Positions 14,053 through 26,739 are shown, counted from the first letter of the stretch. The stretch is 64,000 nt of DNA from Callorhinchus milii (GCF_018977255.1 NW_024704742.1:129148001-129212000); one strand, 5' to 3'. Translations and numbers: made by a program. The notes: generated by a model from the sequence alone, not told the origin.

Positions 14053-14385
14053 AATAATAATAATAATAATTCTTGCATTTGATATAGTACCTCATCACGT
14101 CTTGAGACATCTCAAAGTGCTTCACAGAATACATTATAAAGTAGATTGACTGTGTTTTTGTGGGCAAAATGCAGAAAGCAATTGCACACAGCAGTGTACC
14201 AATAAATAGTCCTGGATTGAGTGATCAATATTTTAGGGATTATTACATCCAGAAAGCGATCCACTAATCGACTAACAACTGGGTTCCTACTTACTGCTAG
14301 GTAAACAGACGTGTGTGGAGTAAGGAAAGTTTCCGAAGGTTTCGCTCTGCCCAGGACCGAACCCAGGTCCTCTCACTTGCAAGTG
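14053..14385 (-). mobile_element. SINE family A, long variant
   Basis: Tail, long internal segment and partial tRNA head. Confidence 0.85.
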
Positions 14386-15409
14386 GCGTTCCTCAGGAGG
14401 ATAGTGCCCTGGAGCTTGAGGCAGAATTTGATGGAAGGTTAGAAAATCATTTCGCCCCCATTAGAATGATCAGGATGGCTTTTTAATGAAGCTTTTGCAG
14501 TTATAGAAGTGCTGGGACTTCTGTCCATTCTGGCACAGTGGTCAATTGTCCAGTCTGGCACATAATGCCACGTCTTATCTCTCCCCTGCGCAGTTCCCAT
14601 CCTTATCTCCACCAGTGCTTCTCTGCCTAGTGAAAAGTCAGGCTTACAGCTGCAATTTATGCACACACTGGGCATTGAAGCCTCACTGAGCTGTGTCATT
14701 CTACCACCCACATTTATTGTCTTATAAGTTGCTTCCTCTGCCCGACCTTCATCAGAACCATAGCAATATTTCTTCCCACATGAGGTTCACAAGGTGACAC
14801 TTGCATTCAAACTGCTATTTTCTGGCTTCCAAACAAAACCAATATGAAATTGTTTATAATCTCAGTACAATCGTGGACCCAGAGAAAAGAAAAGTGGGAG
14901 GTGTTGAAACACATCATGAAATACTGAACAAAACATTAGAATTTCTACATTCATATGCCTTCAATAAACCAAAGTAGCTAATTTAATGATGAGCCAATGT
15001 GAAGGCTCCACAAAGCAGATGAAACAATCAATAGTCTCCCAAATGCAGTCTTTTGGGAACAAGCAATGCCAAATAACAATGTTCTCCGGTAACAAGAAAG
15101 TAAAATTGATTGTGCAGTATTTTTGCAGTTGAGGATATAATAAATCTTTGCATTTGATATACCACCTTTGACTTCAGAAGTCCGTCTCAAAGCATTTTGC
15201 AAGCTATTGCTGTAAAGTGTATTGACTGTGTATGTTGTACATGAACATGGCAGCCAATTTGCGCACAGCAATGTCCCATGAACAGCCATGAAATGAATTA
15301 ACAGTTTTATCTGGGGGATTGTTGGCCAGGACACTGGGAGAAACTTCCTTCTCTTTTTTGAATAATGCCATGGGATCTTTAGCATCCACCTGAACAGGCA
15401 GATAATAAC

Positions 15410-16006
15410 ATAATGCAAAATACCGCAGATGCTGGAAATCTGAAGCAAAAACAGAAGTCGCTGGGAGCACTCAGCAGGTCACGCAGCATCTATGGAGAAA
15501 GGAAAGTGTGTCAACATTTCAGGTCCATGACCCTTCGTCAGAACTGGGGCATGTTGGGAGGGAGAGGCTTTTAAGGGCTAACAGAGAGGGGGGAGGCAAG
15601 GCAAGGAATACAAAGGAGAAAATAGGGTAGAGGACAGGGGATGATGGATTAAAGAGGTGTTAATGATTTTTCTCTCTCCTGTCTGCCTATTTTGTTGCAA
15701 TTCCCCCCCCCCCCCACCTTTGTTCTGCAGTACTAACATCTCTATTCCCCTGCTTTGTTGCAATCCCCCCCCCACACTTTTTTTTCATTAACACCTCTTT
15801 AACCCATCATCCCCTGTCCTCTACCCCATTTTCTCTTTTGTCTTCTTTGCCATGCCTCCCCCCTCTCTGTTAGCCCTTAAAAGGTTCTCCCTCCCAACAT
15901 GCCCCAGTTCTGACCAAGGGTCATGGCCCCAAAATGTTGACTCACTTTCCTTTCTCCATAGATGCTGCCTGACCTGCTGAGTGATCCCAGCAACTTCTGT
16001 TTTTTG
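15410..16006. mobile_element. Penelope-like element remnant forming a fold-back with ~220-bp inverted arms
   Basis: Arms 15447-15666 and 15785-16004 are reverse complements. TSD ggcagataataac (15397-15409) / ggcaggtaataac (16007-16019). The ccatagatgctgcctgacctgctgag terminus matches chondrichthyan Penelope-like ends as I recall them. Confidence 0.8.
15505..15550 (-). ncRNA. Minimal hammerhead-ribozyme motif, decayed
   Basis: Minus strand reads cagtt-CTGACGA-agggtc-atg-gacct-GAAA-tgttga. This has the CUGANGA and GAAA core boxes around a stem II, with apparent CpG-type changes from ccGAAAcgtt. Confidence 0.6.
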
Positions 16007-16957
16007 GGCAGGTAATAACCTCAGTTTAACATCTCATCCAAAGGACAGTGCGACCAGCCATGCAGCACTGCCCCAGCATTGCATTGGAGTGTCAGCCTAG
16101 ACTGTGAGTTCAAAGTATTGACATTGGGCTTGAACCCACAACCTTCTGATTCAGAGACGAGAGTACTACTGGGTGATAACTGACATCTGGATTGACAGAG
16201 AGAGGGAGCAATTCCAATTATGTGCTATTCCAGCGACCTGGTAGTAATCATTAATTTATTATGACAGCATTGAGCTTTTCATGTGAAGTCGATTTCAGAA
16301 ATGAAAAGATTATTTGTCATTAAAATCAATGACAGTACTTGCAATCTTAATCCTTGCAAACTGAATTACCTCAGAGATAAATATTGATCAATCTATTACA
16401 CTGACAGAGCACTGAGTTTGCCTCCTGCAATGATAATCTTAACACCAGCTGTATAACATCCATATGGACACTTCTGAACTACAGTTAACAACTTAAACAT
16501 TGCAAAGGTGCCACAGTGAATCCGGTCATTCCTCGCCAGTGGGGATTAGCTGCCCTCTATTGTACTTCAGAGGTCCTTCCGAGGTTACACTTCAACTAGA
16601 TGAATTTTTTAAATAACTTCGTAGCAGTGCCTGAAATCAAGAGCTTGTGTGTCAGTTGTTGGTGACCTTTAACTTTTAGCCTGTTAGTAAATACTTTGTT
16701 TAACCTTGAACAAAAAGTAGCTGGGGATTGCTTTATTTAAACTGTCTATAAATAGAATACCCCCATCATGCTTTGTTCCACCTTATCTACATTTCCCCCT
16801 TTCTCACAGGATTAGCCCTAAGCAGGTCTCTCAAATGATTTTGAAAAAAAAGTATTTCATATAATGCAATTCACATTGCGTAGATGTCACAAAGTGCTTC
16901 ACAGGATATACTGTAAAGTGCAGTGACTGAGTATTTTGTAGGCAAATTGGTTCAAAA

Positions 16958-17074
16958 TGACCTGAAATTTAACTCACTTTCCTCTCTCCATTGATACTGC
17001 CTGACCTGCTGAGTGTTCCCAGTGACTTCTGCTTTTATTTCAGATTTCTGGCATCTGCAATATCTTGTCTTTTT
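16958..17074 (+). mobile_element. Second Penelope-like terminal fragment
   Basis: gacctgaaatttaactcactttcc...ctgcctgacctgctgagtgttcccag...tcagatttctggcatctgca is homologous to the reverse complement of 15410-15525. Confidence 0.8.
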
Positions 17075-17884
17075 TTAAAAATAAATGATGTTCTGTGTTA
17101 TATCCCAGGGTAAGTAATGATCCATCCTTCAGATGAAATGTTAAACCAAGCCATGTTTGCCTCTCTAGATTGACATTAAGGCTTTTGTTAATAATCCCGT
17201 GGCACTATTTGAAAACAGAAGGAAGCTGCCAACAATTGCGAAAACTCAGTCATGAACTTCTCTGTGAATGCCAAGGATGTTCCCGTGTGTCTTGAGCAAA
17301 GTAAAAAGGTGCTTGGATTAAAACATGCCAAAACATATTAGTCTAATGAAGCAACTGGGAATAGGTCCGAGTGAAGGGAAGAGGCAGGTGGCTATTATGC
17401 TCGCAAAGTGTCTGAAAGCTGAGATGCCGATCGCAAGTTGGAAGGTCTGGGTCCCAGGGCTGCCAGTCAGTCCCATCTGCCTCACACTTGGTTGAGCTGT
17501 CAGTTTGTTGTCTGGGCTGCCAGATGGAGGTCAAGTGTTCATTCTCAAAGGGAAGCAAACTCTGTCCCTCTCTAGCACAATATACTCACCTCAGCCTGTT
17601 TTCTGGCTAAGTGTGTAACAGCAACATATACAACCACAACAGGTTTGCAAATAGTGACTCCAAATGACAAGCGCAGCACCTGATGGGAAGCAGAGTATGT
17701 CCGTCTAAATGTGCAGGGACTCCACTCCGATTCCGAAAGGTTGATCGTGCATTTCCCCTGGGTCAATACTCTGTCAAGGAACTGATGGTTTGCGCCCTCA
17801 CTAATCGGGGCTGGCCTCGTTGCAGACCTGCAAACAAATTCCAGAGAATTGGAAATCACCCAAATAATGTCCTTCTGTCACCCT

Positions 17885-18200
17885 ATCTGGCCTTCGGATG
17901 AGACTTTAAACCGAGTTCCTATCTGTTTATTCAGGTGGATGTTAATGATTCCATTAATGATTTGAAAAGAGAGGGCAGTTCCTCCCGGTGTCTTGGCCAG
18001 CAATCCCCCAAATAAAATTGGTCTTTTGTTTCATGGCTGTTTGTGGGACATTGCTGTGCGCAATTGTGCTGTTGCGTTTGCCTACAATACAGTCATTCCA
18101 TTTCACAATAAATCCTGTGAGACGCTTTGAAACGTCCTTCCAACATGATAAGGCGCTATACCAAATACAAGGATTACTATTATTATTATTATTTTTATTA
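17885..18200 (+). mobile_element. Deu-domain SINE (family B), 5'-truncated
   Basis: cggatgagactttaaaccgag core, 3' module and (ATT)n tail. Confidence 0.8.
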
Positions 18201-19596
18201 TAACAACTAGGCTAACTAAAGAGTCATACTATCAAGAGTTATACAGTCATTGTAGTACCACACTGACAGTACCTACTCTGCCTCTCTCTTGTTCCTCTCA
18301 CTCTGCCTCTTTCTCTCTTTCTGTCGCTATCCTGTGACGTTATACTGCTTGAAAAGCTTTATATAAATGTAAGTCGTTGTTCTTCTCTTTCTCCCTCTTT
18401 CTCTATGTCAGCACCTTCTCTCTCTCTGCCTCTCTCACCCTGTCCTCTGACACTATCCTGCTTGAAGTCAATCCAAAACGCAGTCAATCCATTTAACAGT
18501 ATATCCTGTTGAAGCGCTTTGAGACGTGTGTGTCTTTCCGCCAAGAACGCAATAACCGATTGATGTAAAGACATGATTTACACCTCACTGGAAAGGTCTT
18601 GATGGGTGAGTGTCATGGGCATTTTTTTCGGCGATCTCCTATCGTTGATGAGCTATATTAAAAACATCCATTAATTAAACCCCAAAATATGTGGTATGCC
18701 AAGTATTCTGCAACAAAGTAGTGACACAGGAAATCACAAAGCTCTGACCTAAACAAGCTCACCACACAGGAGTTTCCCAACAGGAGTCATCACAACCTGG
18801 AGTCCTACCACAGGATCAGGAAACGTGCCCAAGGTTTCACCCTGCCGGGAATCGAACCCAGGTCTCTCGCTTGCCAAGTGAGTCCTCTAACCACTGAACT
18901 ACAGGACTCCAGAATAGTGCTGTATGATCTTTAATGTCCTGCTAAACAGTCTGTATGGAGAACTTTGCACCTAAAATCCTCTGACTCAGAGGCGCAAGCA
19001 TTTCTGACTGAGCCAAGCTAACACCTGAGATCAGAATAAAGCCAGAAATACACCACAGCTCAATCAACACCTGAAAGAGAAAGTTGGATGAAACTTTTGT
19101 CTCTGCCTGTACCCAATTAGCAGATGCAGGGTTAGGGGAAAATCAAACACCTGACAGGCCAGGTACACTAAGGTGGTAGGAGGGAGCAGAGGTCAGAATT
19201 GCAAAGGGCAATTAAGGATAGACACCAAGTATTTATTTACGCAGAGGGCAATTAACGACTGGAACAGGTTATCAGTGAGGATAGTCGAGGCCAAGACTGT
19301 GAATTTAAAGTCCTGACATGAAGATTGAATTCACAACCTTCTTTCTAACTAAGAGGAAACAGTATTAACAATTGAGCCAGGTTGCCACCATCAAAACCAG
19401 TGTCAAAGCCATTAACTGTCCTTCAGGAAATGCTTCCTAAAGATGGTGCATAGAGGTTAGATTGCTTCAGTAATAGCCTGAATGTAAAATAATTAGAAAA
19501 ATCCCACACTACATCTTTTACATGTGGGTGCTTGCAAGGCTACTGAAAAAATTGCTGAAAATAGATTTAAAAAACAATCAAAAGATAGTATATTTA

Positions 19597-19810
19597 AGGC
19601 TTCCCTGATGGCTCAGTTGGGAAAGATTGTGCTGAGTGTGGAACTGAGCCACAAGGACACAGGAAGGTTCCAGTTTCCACGTCTGCTTGTGTTGTGTTTT
19701 TTGATCTCAGCTGCGGTGGTGCTTACAAGTGTTATAATTGGCCTCAGTGCCCTTGAGCTAGGGACGAAAACAACAGCCAGCTTTGCTGCTCCTTATTGTT
19801 ATCCAATAAA
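19597..19810 (+). mobile_element. Old SINE-like repeat (family C); related pieces at ~40365-40490 (-) and ~44545-44740 (+)
   Basis: A-box-like gatggctcagttggg. Shared motifs aactgagcca...aagg...cag and aaaa.cag.ca.g...ctcct.att..tatcca between copies. Confidence 0.5.
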
Positions 19811-20179
19811 GTCTTCATACTTGAAATCTTTTATCTGACCTTGAGTAAAGAGTGCTACCAATTGAGCCAAGTTCACGCAATAAAAATGAATGACATAGCC
19901 ACAGACTGTCCTCTGGTGATTGTGGAGTGGACACAGAGTGAGGACAGAATTATACCTGTTTATCATAATAATAATAATCCTTGCATTTGATATAGCACCT
20001 TATCACATTGGTGAGACGTCTCCAAGCGCTGCGCAGAATATACTGTGAAGTAAATTTAGTGGATACTTTGTGGGTGAAGTGCGGCAGCATTTCACTTTGT
20101 GATAAACAGAGTGTATACTTTGTGGGTGAAATTGCACACATCAGTTGAGTGATCAAATTACTAACTCTTCCAATTTTTC

Positions 20180-20665
20180 CCTCCACAAGCTGCACATCTA
20201 GAACTGCAGCTTGTGTCCTCTCCTGCACCAGACTCCATGATCCTATGACAGATACCCTCACCCGGCTCCACTGGCTCCCCCAGAGGACAGAGTTCAAAAT
20301 CTTTTCCTCGCCTTCAAAGCCATCCGTTGCCTTGTTCCTTCCTCCCTTCCTGTGACCTACTAATGCCATATCAACCTGTCCATTCCCACCGCTGTGGTCG
20401 GGCCTTCAGCCTCTCTGCCCCACCTTTTGGAACTCCATCCTACAGTCCCTTCATCTCGTTCCCTCCCTTGCCTCCTTCAAGGCATGTCTCAAGACCATCC
20501 TCTTCAACCCTGCCTTCGGCCACCCTCCTACCCTTACCCCCTCTGCTCACCAGCCTTCTTAATCGCAATCCTTGCTCAAGTCCAAATCCATGACTGCCCA
20601 GCACTTTGGGACATCCTCCCAATGTGAAAGCCACTATACAAATGTAATGGTTGTTGTTATTGTTT
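20180..20665 (+). mobile_element. L2 (alpha) 3' fragment inside a SINE
   Basis: RLHDPMTDTLTRLHWLPQRTEFK, followed by the L2-alpha terminus and a GTT tail. Confidence 0.9.
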
Positions 20666-20742
20666 TTTGAAGGAATTATTACCCCCGGAAATTGATCCAC
20701 CAACTGACCAACAACCAGGTTCCTATTTGCTGCTAGGTAAAC

Positions 20743-20870
20743 TTAAGAACATAAGAGCATAAGAATTAGAAGCAGGAGTAGGCCATTCGGCCCTTCGAGC
20801 CTGCCCCGCCATTCATTAAGATCATGGCTTCTAACTCCACCTACGCGCCTTATCCCCATATCCCTTAATA
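20743..20870 (-). mobile_element. CR1 3'-end fragment inside a SINE
   Basis: aagaacataagagcataagaattagaagcaggagtaggccattcggcccttcgagcc is the reverse complement of a CR1 3' UTR with its short tandem tail. Confidence 0.8.
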
Positions 20871-21719
20871 CAGAGGTGTGTGGAGTAAGGAAATTTGCCT
20901 AGGATTTTGCCCTACCGGGGAATCAAATCCGGGTCCTCTACATTGTGAGGCAAGTGCTTTAACCAATACGCTACAGGGCTCCACAAAGTTGCACAGCCAC
21001 AAACACTCACTAAATGGACTCATAAAAAGAATGAACACTTAGTCAAGATCCTGGAGGGCCACCAGTCCCAGCAAAGCCATATACCAGCATGAGTCAGCAC
21101 CTTCAGGAAAGAAGGGGATAATATTGGAAGAAGAAACAAATCGGTTTCCTCCTTTTAACTCAGAACGAGCCCATTGCAGACTCTAACTATGCATTAAATT
21201 GATGCCTGATTCAGTGTAAGTAAAAAAAAGTACAGCTATTTATTACAGTAAGAGGAGTAGTCCATACAAAATGCTACAGAGTTTAAATACAGTTAAACAG
21301 AATGGTAATAACTAGCAATAAAAGACAGCACAGCATAATACTGGCAGCTCCAATCATTTACATAAGATACAAAGCCATTTAAATTTTGACTTTGGCAGCA
21401 CATATCAAACAAGATAGACAGCCTGTGATCAGATGGGCTGTTTTGAAAGTTTTTTCTACAAGAGCAAATCATTAGAATAATAAATCACTGAATGGTACTG
21501 TGACTCCCAAAGGTCAACCCTCATCGCCTGACTGAAAAATGAAGAGGAATGTGTGTTTGGTCTGGGCTGTTCCACGCACTGTTTTAATATTTGTTCGGCA
21601 CATTACTTTTCTCCTACACGTTAAGGTCAAGCGATGGCATTAGGATCCCTGTCCTCCTTCATAAACACAGACTCCTAAACCGTAGAGTTAGTGTCTTAAC
21701 CACTGCAAGGATAATAATA

Positions 21720-22010
21720 ATTAATAAAATAATGCTTGCATTTGCATTGCATCCTTGGACATCTCAAAGCCCTTCACAGGATATACTGTAAAGTGTAGTG
21801 ACAGACGAACTCAGTAGACAATTTGTGCACAGAAATGTACCACGAACAGCCATGGAGTGAATAACCATTTTTATTTGGGAGACTGCTGACCAGGACACCG
21901 GAATAAACTCCATTCTCTTTTCAAATAGTGACATGGGAACTTTAATGTCCACCTCGATGTAGAATCTCATCCAAAGGACAGAACTACCGACAATGCAGCA
22001 CAACCTCAGC
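21720..22010 (-). mobile_element. Deu-domain SINE (family B), partial
   Basis: 3' module plus Deu core on the minus strand. Confidence 0.75.
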
Positions 22011-22649
22011 AATATTATAATCAATATTATATTATATTTTATATTCTCCAAAATGTATACAAAGATAGTTAGGAATCTTACAGGCAAACAAATTATAGAT
22101 TTACTCGACAATGCAATTCCTGGTGTCTGTCCTTAAATTGCTCTTTGCAAATCTATGATTCCTTAAACAGCTGAAATAAGAATCGGAATAGGCCCTTCAA
22201 TCCAGCAAGTCTGCTCTGCTCTTTCACAGTTCTCATTTACTCTGCACAGCTGCAGTGTTATGTCATCATGTGGCAGCTTTCCATGAACAAAGGCTTTGGT
22301 GGTGTCCAAAATCACATATCATGTTTACCATTGGATTAATTCAAGTGAAATTGGAGCATTTTTTTTGCAGCGGTGTTGGGAGAAGATTATTGAGGAAGGT
22401 CAAATCTAATTTGGAGATGGTGAAAGTGTTATGTATCACTGAAGTGCTGCCATCAGAGTGTTGAATAATTCAAATGATCCAACTTTTGGCCCTCACAAGG
22501 AGACTTGCTTCCACAATGCTCTTTTTCCACAGGCCTGACTTCTACGCTGGGCAAAGGGGAAATTACAAAACCATGCAATTTCCTGACCTGACCGGGCTTC
22601 TGATTAAATGCAGCACCATTGAAATTCCAGAAATTATTGGTCTCAAGAA

Positions 22650-23380
22650 GGCAAGAGCCAAGGGTTGGGGACCACAGAGTGTGCGTTGGGATATTGCTGG
22701 AGTCTAACCAGCTAAAACTGCCATTGAGAGTACCATCTGACAAGCTTTCCCACTGCTTGTCTAGTTAGGACTGCCCTACCCGTTAGGGCTTCAGCTTGCA
22801 GGGTTAACAGGAGCTAAGTAGGATGACTTGCTACTCCCAGTGACTAGTCTGCCCTTCCAGGTCCTGCCAATGAGCCAGCCTGGCTGTGCTGTCATCAGCA
22901 GTGCCCTGGAATACTGCAGACCCACCTGGCTCAAGAGGGTGGCCTCAATTCTGACATTCCGTTGCCAGTATGTCACCTTGGAACCATTTCAGCTCCAAGG
23001 AGACTCTGCTTACCTCCCTCTCCAAAAAGGGTAGTCACAAGTTGATCATTTGATATCCGACAAGCGCGGGCTCTGGCCCTCACTAGGTGGTTGGCAAGAC
23101 CTAGAAAATCCCTGCAAGCTTCCTTCTGGGTCACAGAGCTCAGCATGAAATGCATGAGAGCATTACCACCATCTTCCTGCCCATAGCTCGGTAACACATC
23201 CCTTCCCATTGAGCAATGATTCCAACAGTTACAGATATTGATTGGAAGATAATATGATGACCCAATTGTCGATTCTTGCTTGGGTTTCAGGTAGACACTA
23301 ACTTTTGCCTGGACACTGTCCTGAGAAGGGGCAAAGATCACTGTAGTCGTGCGCATCTTTCTTCAAGGACAGCAAGTTCT
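22650..23380 (-). mobile_element. Old non-LTR retrotransposon RT fragment (not L2 or CR1), copy 1
   Basis: Minus-strand peptides YLKPKQESTIGSSYYLPINI, GTADDSTARLAHWQDL and VNPA. 22650-22920 is homologous to 46800-47066. Confidence 0.5.
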
Positions 23381-23678
23381 CTTAAATGAGTCCAATGTTG
23401 TGGCCTTAACCACCTTTCCTGGTAACGCATTCCATTTGAGTGCTGAGCAACAGCTTCATTCTGCAAATGGGGAACCTGATGGGTAGGAATTCTGGAAAGA
23501 CAAGATCAAATGGCCCAAAAGGCCTTGCTCATCCAAACCACTATAACAATTAATACAGAAGAGATAGTTTAAGATGCAATAGTTGCCACTCAGTATTATT
23601 GCCTTCCAGTAAGGCTGCCTTCAATTCATTCCTTATGTCTTTGTTTATTATCAATGCTCTATCTCTCTATCTGTGATT

Positions 23679-24915
23679 AGGGCTCCCTCTGCCTCACCGT
23701 CCTCCTGGATTTTTCTGCCGCATTCGACACAGTCAACCATGCCATCTTCCTCCATAGGCTATCTTCCCTCATCTATCTTTGTGGGACCGCATTAGCATGG
23801 TTCGAGTCCTACTTAACCAACCACCTCCATTTCATCTCAGCAAATGGTTTCTCCTCCCACCCCCCACCCTGTCACCTGCGGGGTACCCCAGGGCTGAATC
23901 CTTGGCCCTCTTCTTTTCCTTATCTATATGCTCCCTCTGGGCCATGTCATCCACAAACACGGGGTAAACTTCCACATATATGCTGATGTCACAAAAATCT
24001 ACTTTGTCTCCTCCAGCACCAAGTACAGGGCCACCAATGTGCTATCAGCTTGTCTGGCAGACATCAAGGCCTGGATGAGTGTAAACTTCCTGCAGCTAAA
24101 TACGGGCAAGACAGAAGCCATACTCCTTCGCTTCCATCAACATCTTCACTCCTGTGGATCTAAACTCCTCAATCTCCCTGGGCTCTCCCTCAGACTCACC
24201 GAACCAGTGAGCAACCTAAGCATCCAGTTCGACCCCCAGCTATCTTTCCTCCTCCACATCCAGTCCCTGATCAGGACTGCCTTCTTCTACCTCCACCACA
24301 TTGCCCACCACCAACCGTACCTTACCCCAAATGCAGCCAAAACTATTGTGCATGCATTTGTCACCTCCCGCTTGGATTACTCCAACGCACTCCTCACCAG
24401 TCTCCCCAGCTCCACTATTCAAAAGATCCAGCTCATTCAGAACACTGCCACCCGCATACTGACCCGGACCAAACTCCGTACCCACATCTCACCAGTTCTG
24501 GTCAGGCTCTACTGGCTCCCCATCACCAAACAGATTGACTTCAAGACCCTCACACTTGTGTTCAAATCCCTTCACTTCCTGGCACTTCCCTACTCCTCTG
24601 ACCTCCTCACTCCCCAATCCACCACCCTACATCTCTGCTCCGCCGCTGCCACCAGCCTCCTGCTCGTCCCTCATACTCTCCGTCCCACCAACGGTGGTCG
24701 CGCTTTCAGGAACTGCACCCCAAAGCTCTGGACCATTTTCCCTCAATCCCTCCGCCTTGCCCCCTCTCTCCCCTCTTTCAAATCCAGCCTGAAAACTTTC
24801 CTCTTTGACCGTGCTTACAGCCACCTTCCCCACCCCTCTCCTCCCCCAGCTCGGAGTCAGGCTCCGCCACTGTTTAACGCTCTGAGATGCTTCCCCACGG
24901 GGAATTTGTTGTTGT
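23679..24915 (+). mobile_element. L2 LINE (subfamily beta), RT C-terminal half
   Basis: ORF 23928-25058: FHIYADVTKIY, IKAWMSVNFLQLNTGKTEAI, HAFVTSRLDYSNALL, LYWLPI. Frameshifted upstream. Confidence 0.95.
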
Positions 24916-26739
24916 TAAATGCTACAAGACTAAGTTCTGATTTTGGTTTGGCTTGCCTTATACCTTTTTTATCAATTTGCATTAACATAGTGTTGTTCAT
25001 GCAGGGTACAAAATATACAGTCAATTCATTTTACAGTATATCCTGTGAAGCACTTTGAGAAGTATTGAAGATGTGCTAAAGTGCTATATCAAATGCAAGG
25101 ATTATTATATATTATCATTAGTGTCTCGTAAAGCTAAACATTTTTAGTGCAACCCCTCACCCCTTCCGCACAATTCAGAAGTAAAGTTTCATTAAATCTA
25201 CAAGTGCCCAAATACTGTAGAGCAAATAATTTGGTTGCACAGAATGGGTTGTACTTTACCACAGCAATGCTTCAACCAGCACAAACACGCCTCAGTCCCG
25301 CTCACCACCGCAAATTGAGGATTTGTGCCATGACTGTGGTCAGGCTATTTTCATTGCCTGTTCCCCCAGAGAATCTGCGTACATATTTACTTCAGAATTA
25401 TGCTGGGAAGGCTACCAAAACATATCAAATTATGATTCTAATTCCACGATTATGCATGATAACAGATATGTTTAAAGTGAACCCAGTAATACCCTGAATT
25501 CAACAGCAAAACTGCTTTACAAAAATCTGTAAAATAATAGAAAAATAATAATTTCAGCTGCCCTCACAGTATTGTCTCACACTCTGTTACCATTTGTGTG
25601 CAATTGGCTGCTGCATTTCGCCCACTCCTTTATAGCGTATTCTGTGAAATGCTTTGAGATGTCTCAACGACGTGATAAGGTTCTATATCAAATGCGAGGA
25701 TTTTTATTCTATTATTACAACTCATGATATGAGCCAAAATGAAGTGAGTCTTTATACTTTTAGCACTGAAATATATTCAAGATTTGGCAGCATTGTTGGC
25801 AGTTCAACAACAACAACAACAAAATTACATTTGTATAGCACCTTTCACGTCGGGAGGACGTCCCAAGGCACTGGACAGTGTACAGCATTTCAGATCAAAC
25901 CAGAATTGTGAATTTTGGGTGGCTCTTTGCATTTCTAATTCTACTTTATGTTAGGCAGCGAGAGAGATGATCAGAGTTTTACTGTTAGATCATTTTATTT
26001 TTGATCAGCCTGGTAGGTGTCAGGCACATTGTTAGATAAAAAGAGGTGAATAAACTGAAACCAGAGAGGTAAATGCAATTTGAAAACTGTTCATTTGCAA
26101 CAATCTGGGCTTGATGTTGATGGAGTCTCCAGTCCCCTAATTGGGAGATCAGAAATTCAATTAAAACAATTACATTCCAAAATAGCCACTCAAACAAGTT
26201 AAAGCTGCAGCCCTCATATAGCTTATGCATCTGATTGAGAACAGAAGCAGTGTGAATTCTGATGAAGCATCTCTAAGTGGCTTCATTCCGATTGACCAAA
26301 ACACCAAACACAATTGCGACCTTCTAATAATTATTCGGTTTTAATTAGCTCTGTTGCGTCCATGTGTTTGACAGCCATTGAGTCAGTGACATGCTTTGCA
26401 GACAGAGCCACAAAGCAGCTTGGAGAAGCTCCAGTTTTCAGACCGATTGACCCCACTGTGGGGATTTAACAGATAAAGGACGCATTGTGTCGAGAACCCG
26501 TGCAGCTTCCCAGCACACCCGCTGGTCCACGTTAGCATTTCTGGGAAGAGCTGCACAAACCAGAAATGTCGTAAACTGTGGTCGAGGAGTGCGTGCCACT
26601 GTCAACACCACCCAGGTTGAGTGGTCCTCGGCATGTGTAGTTTGCACGTGTGCGCTGGGGGCCTATGGCTGCTGTGGAAAATCTTATTTAGCCGGAGATG
26701 ATTCTTTTTCCAGATCCTCTTTGGAATGTTAATGGGATC

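Larger units (their letters stand above)
15135..16185 (-). mobile_element. Deu-domain SINE (family B) split by a Penelope-type insertion
   Basis: The 3' half (15135-15409) and 5' half (16007-16185) are collinear with other family-B copies. Confidence 0.85.
19965..20985 (-). mobile_element. SINE family A (long) carrying two nested LINE fragments
   Basis: Tail 19965-20160, middle 20665-20742 and head 20870-20985 are collinear with intact copies. Confidence 0.85.

Noticed and set aside
23928..25058. 376-aa ORF, the longest in the window, as a host or domesticated gene
   Set aside because: It is the C-terminal part of L2 ORF2 with YADD changed to YADV, is frameshifted upstream, and runs on into SINE tail sequence.
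26259..26290. ctgatga plus a hairpin as a hammerhead ribozyme (also 60723)
   Set aside because: There is no GAAA box after the stem and no stem I/III pairing.
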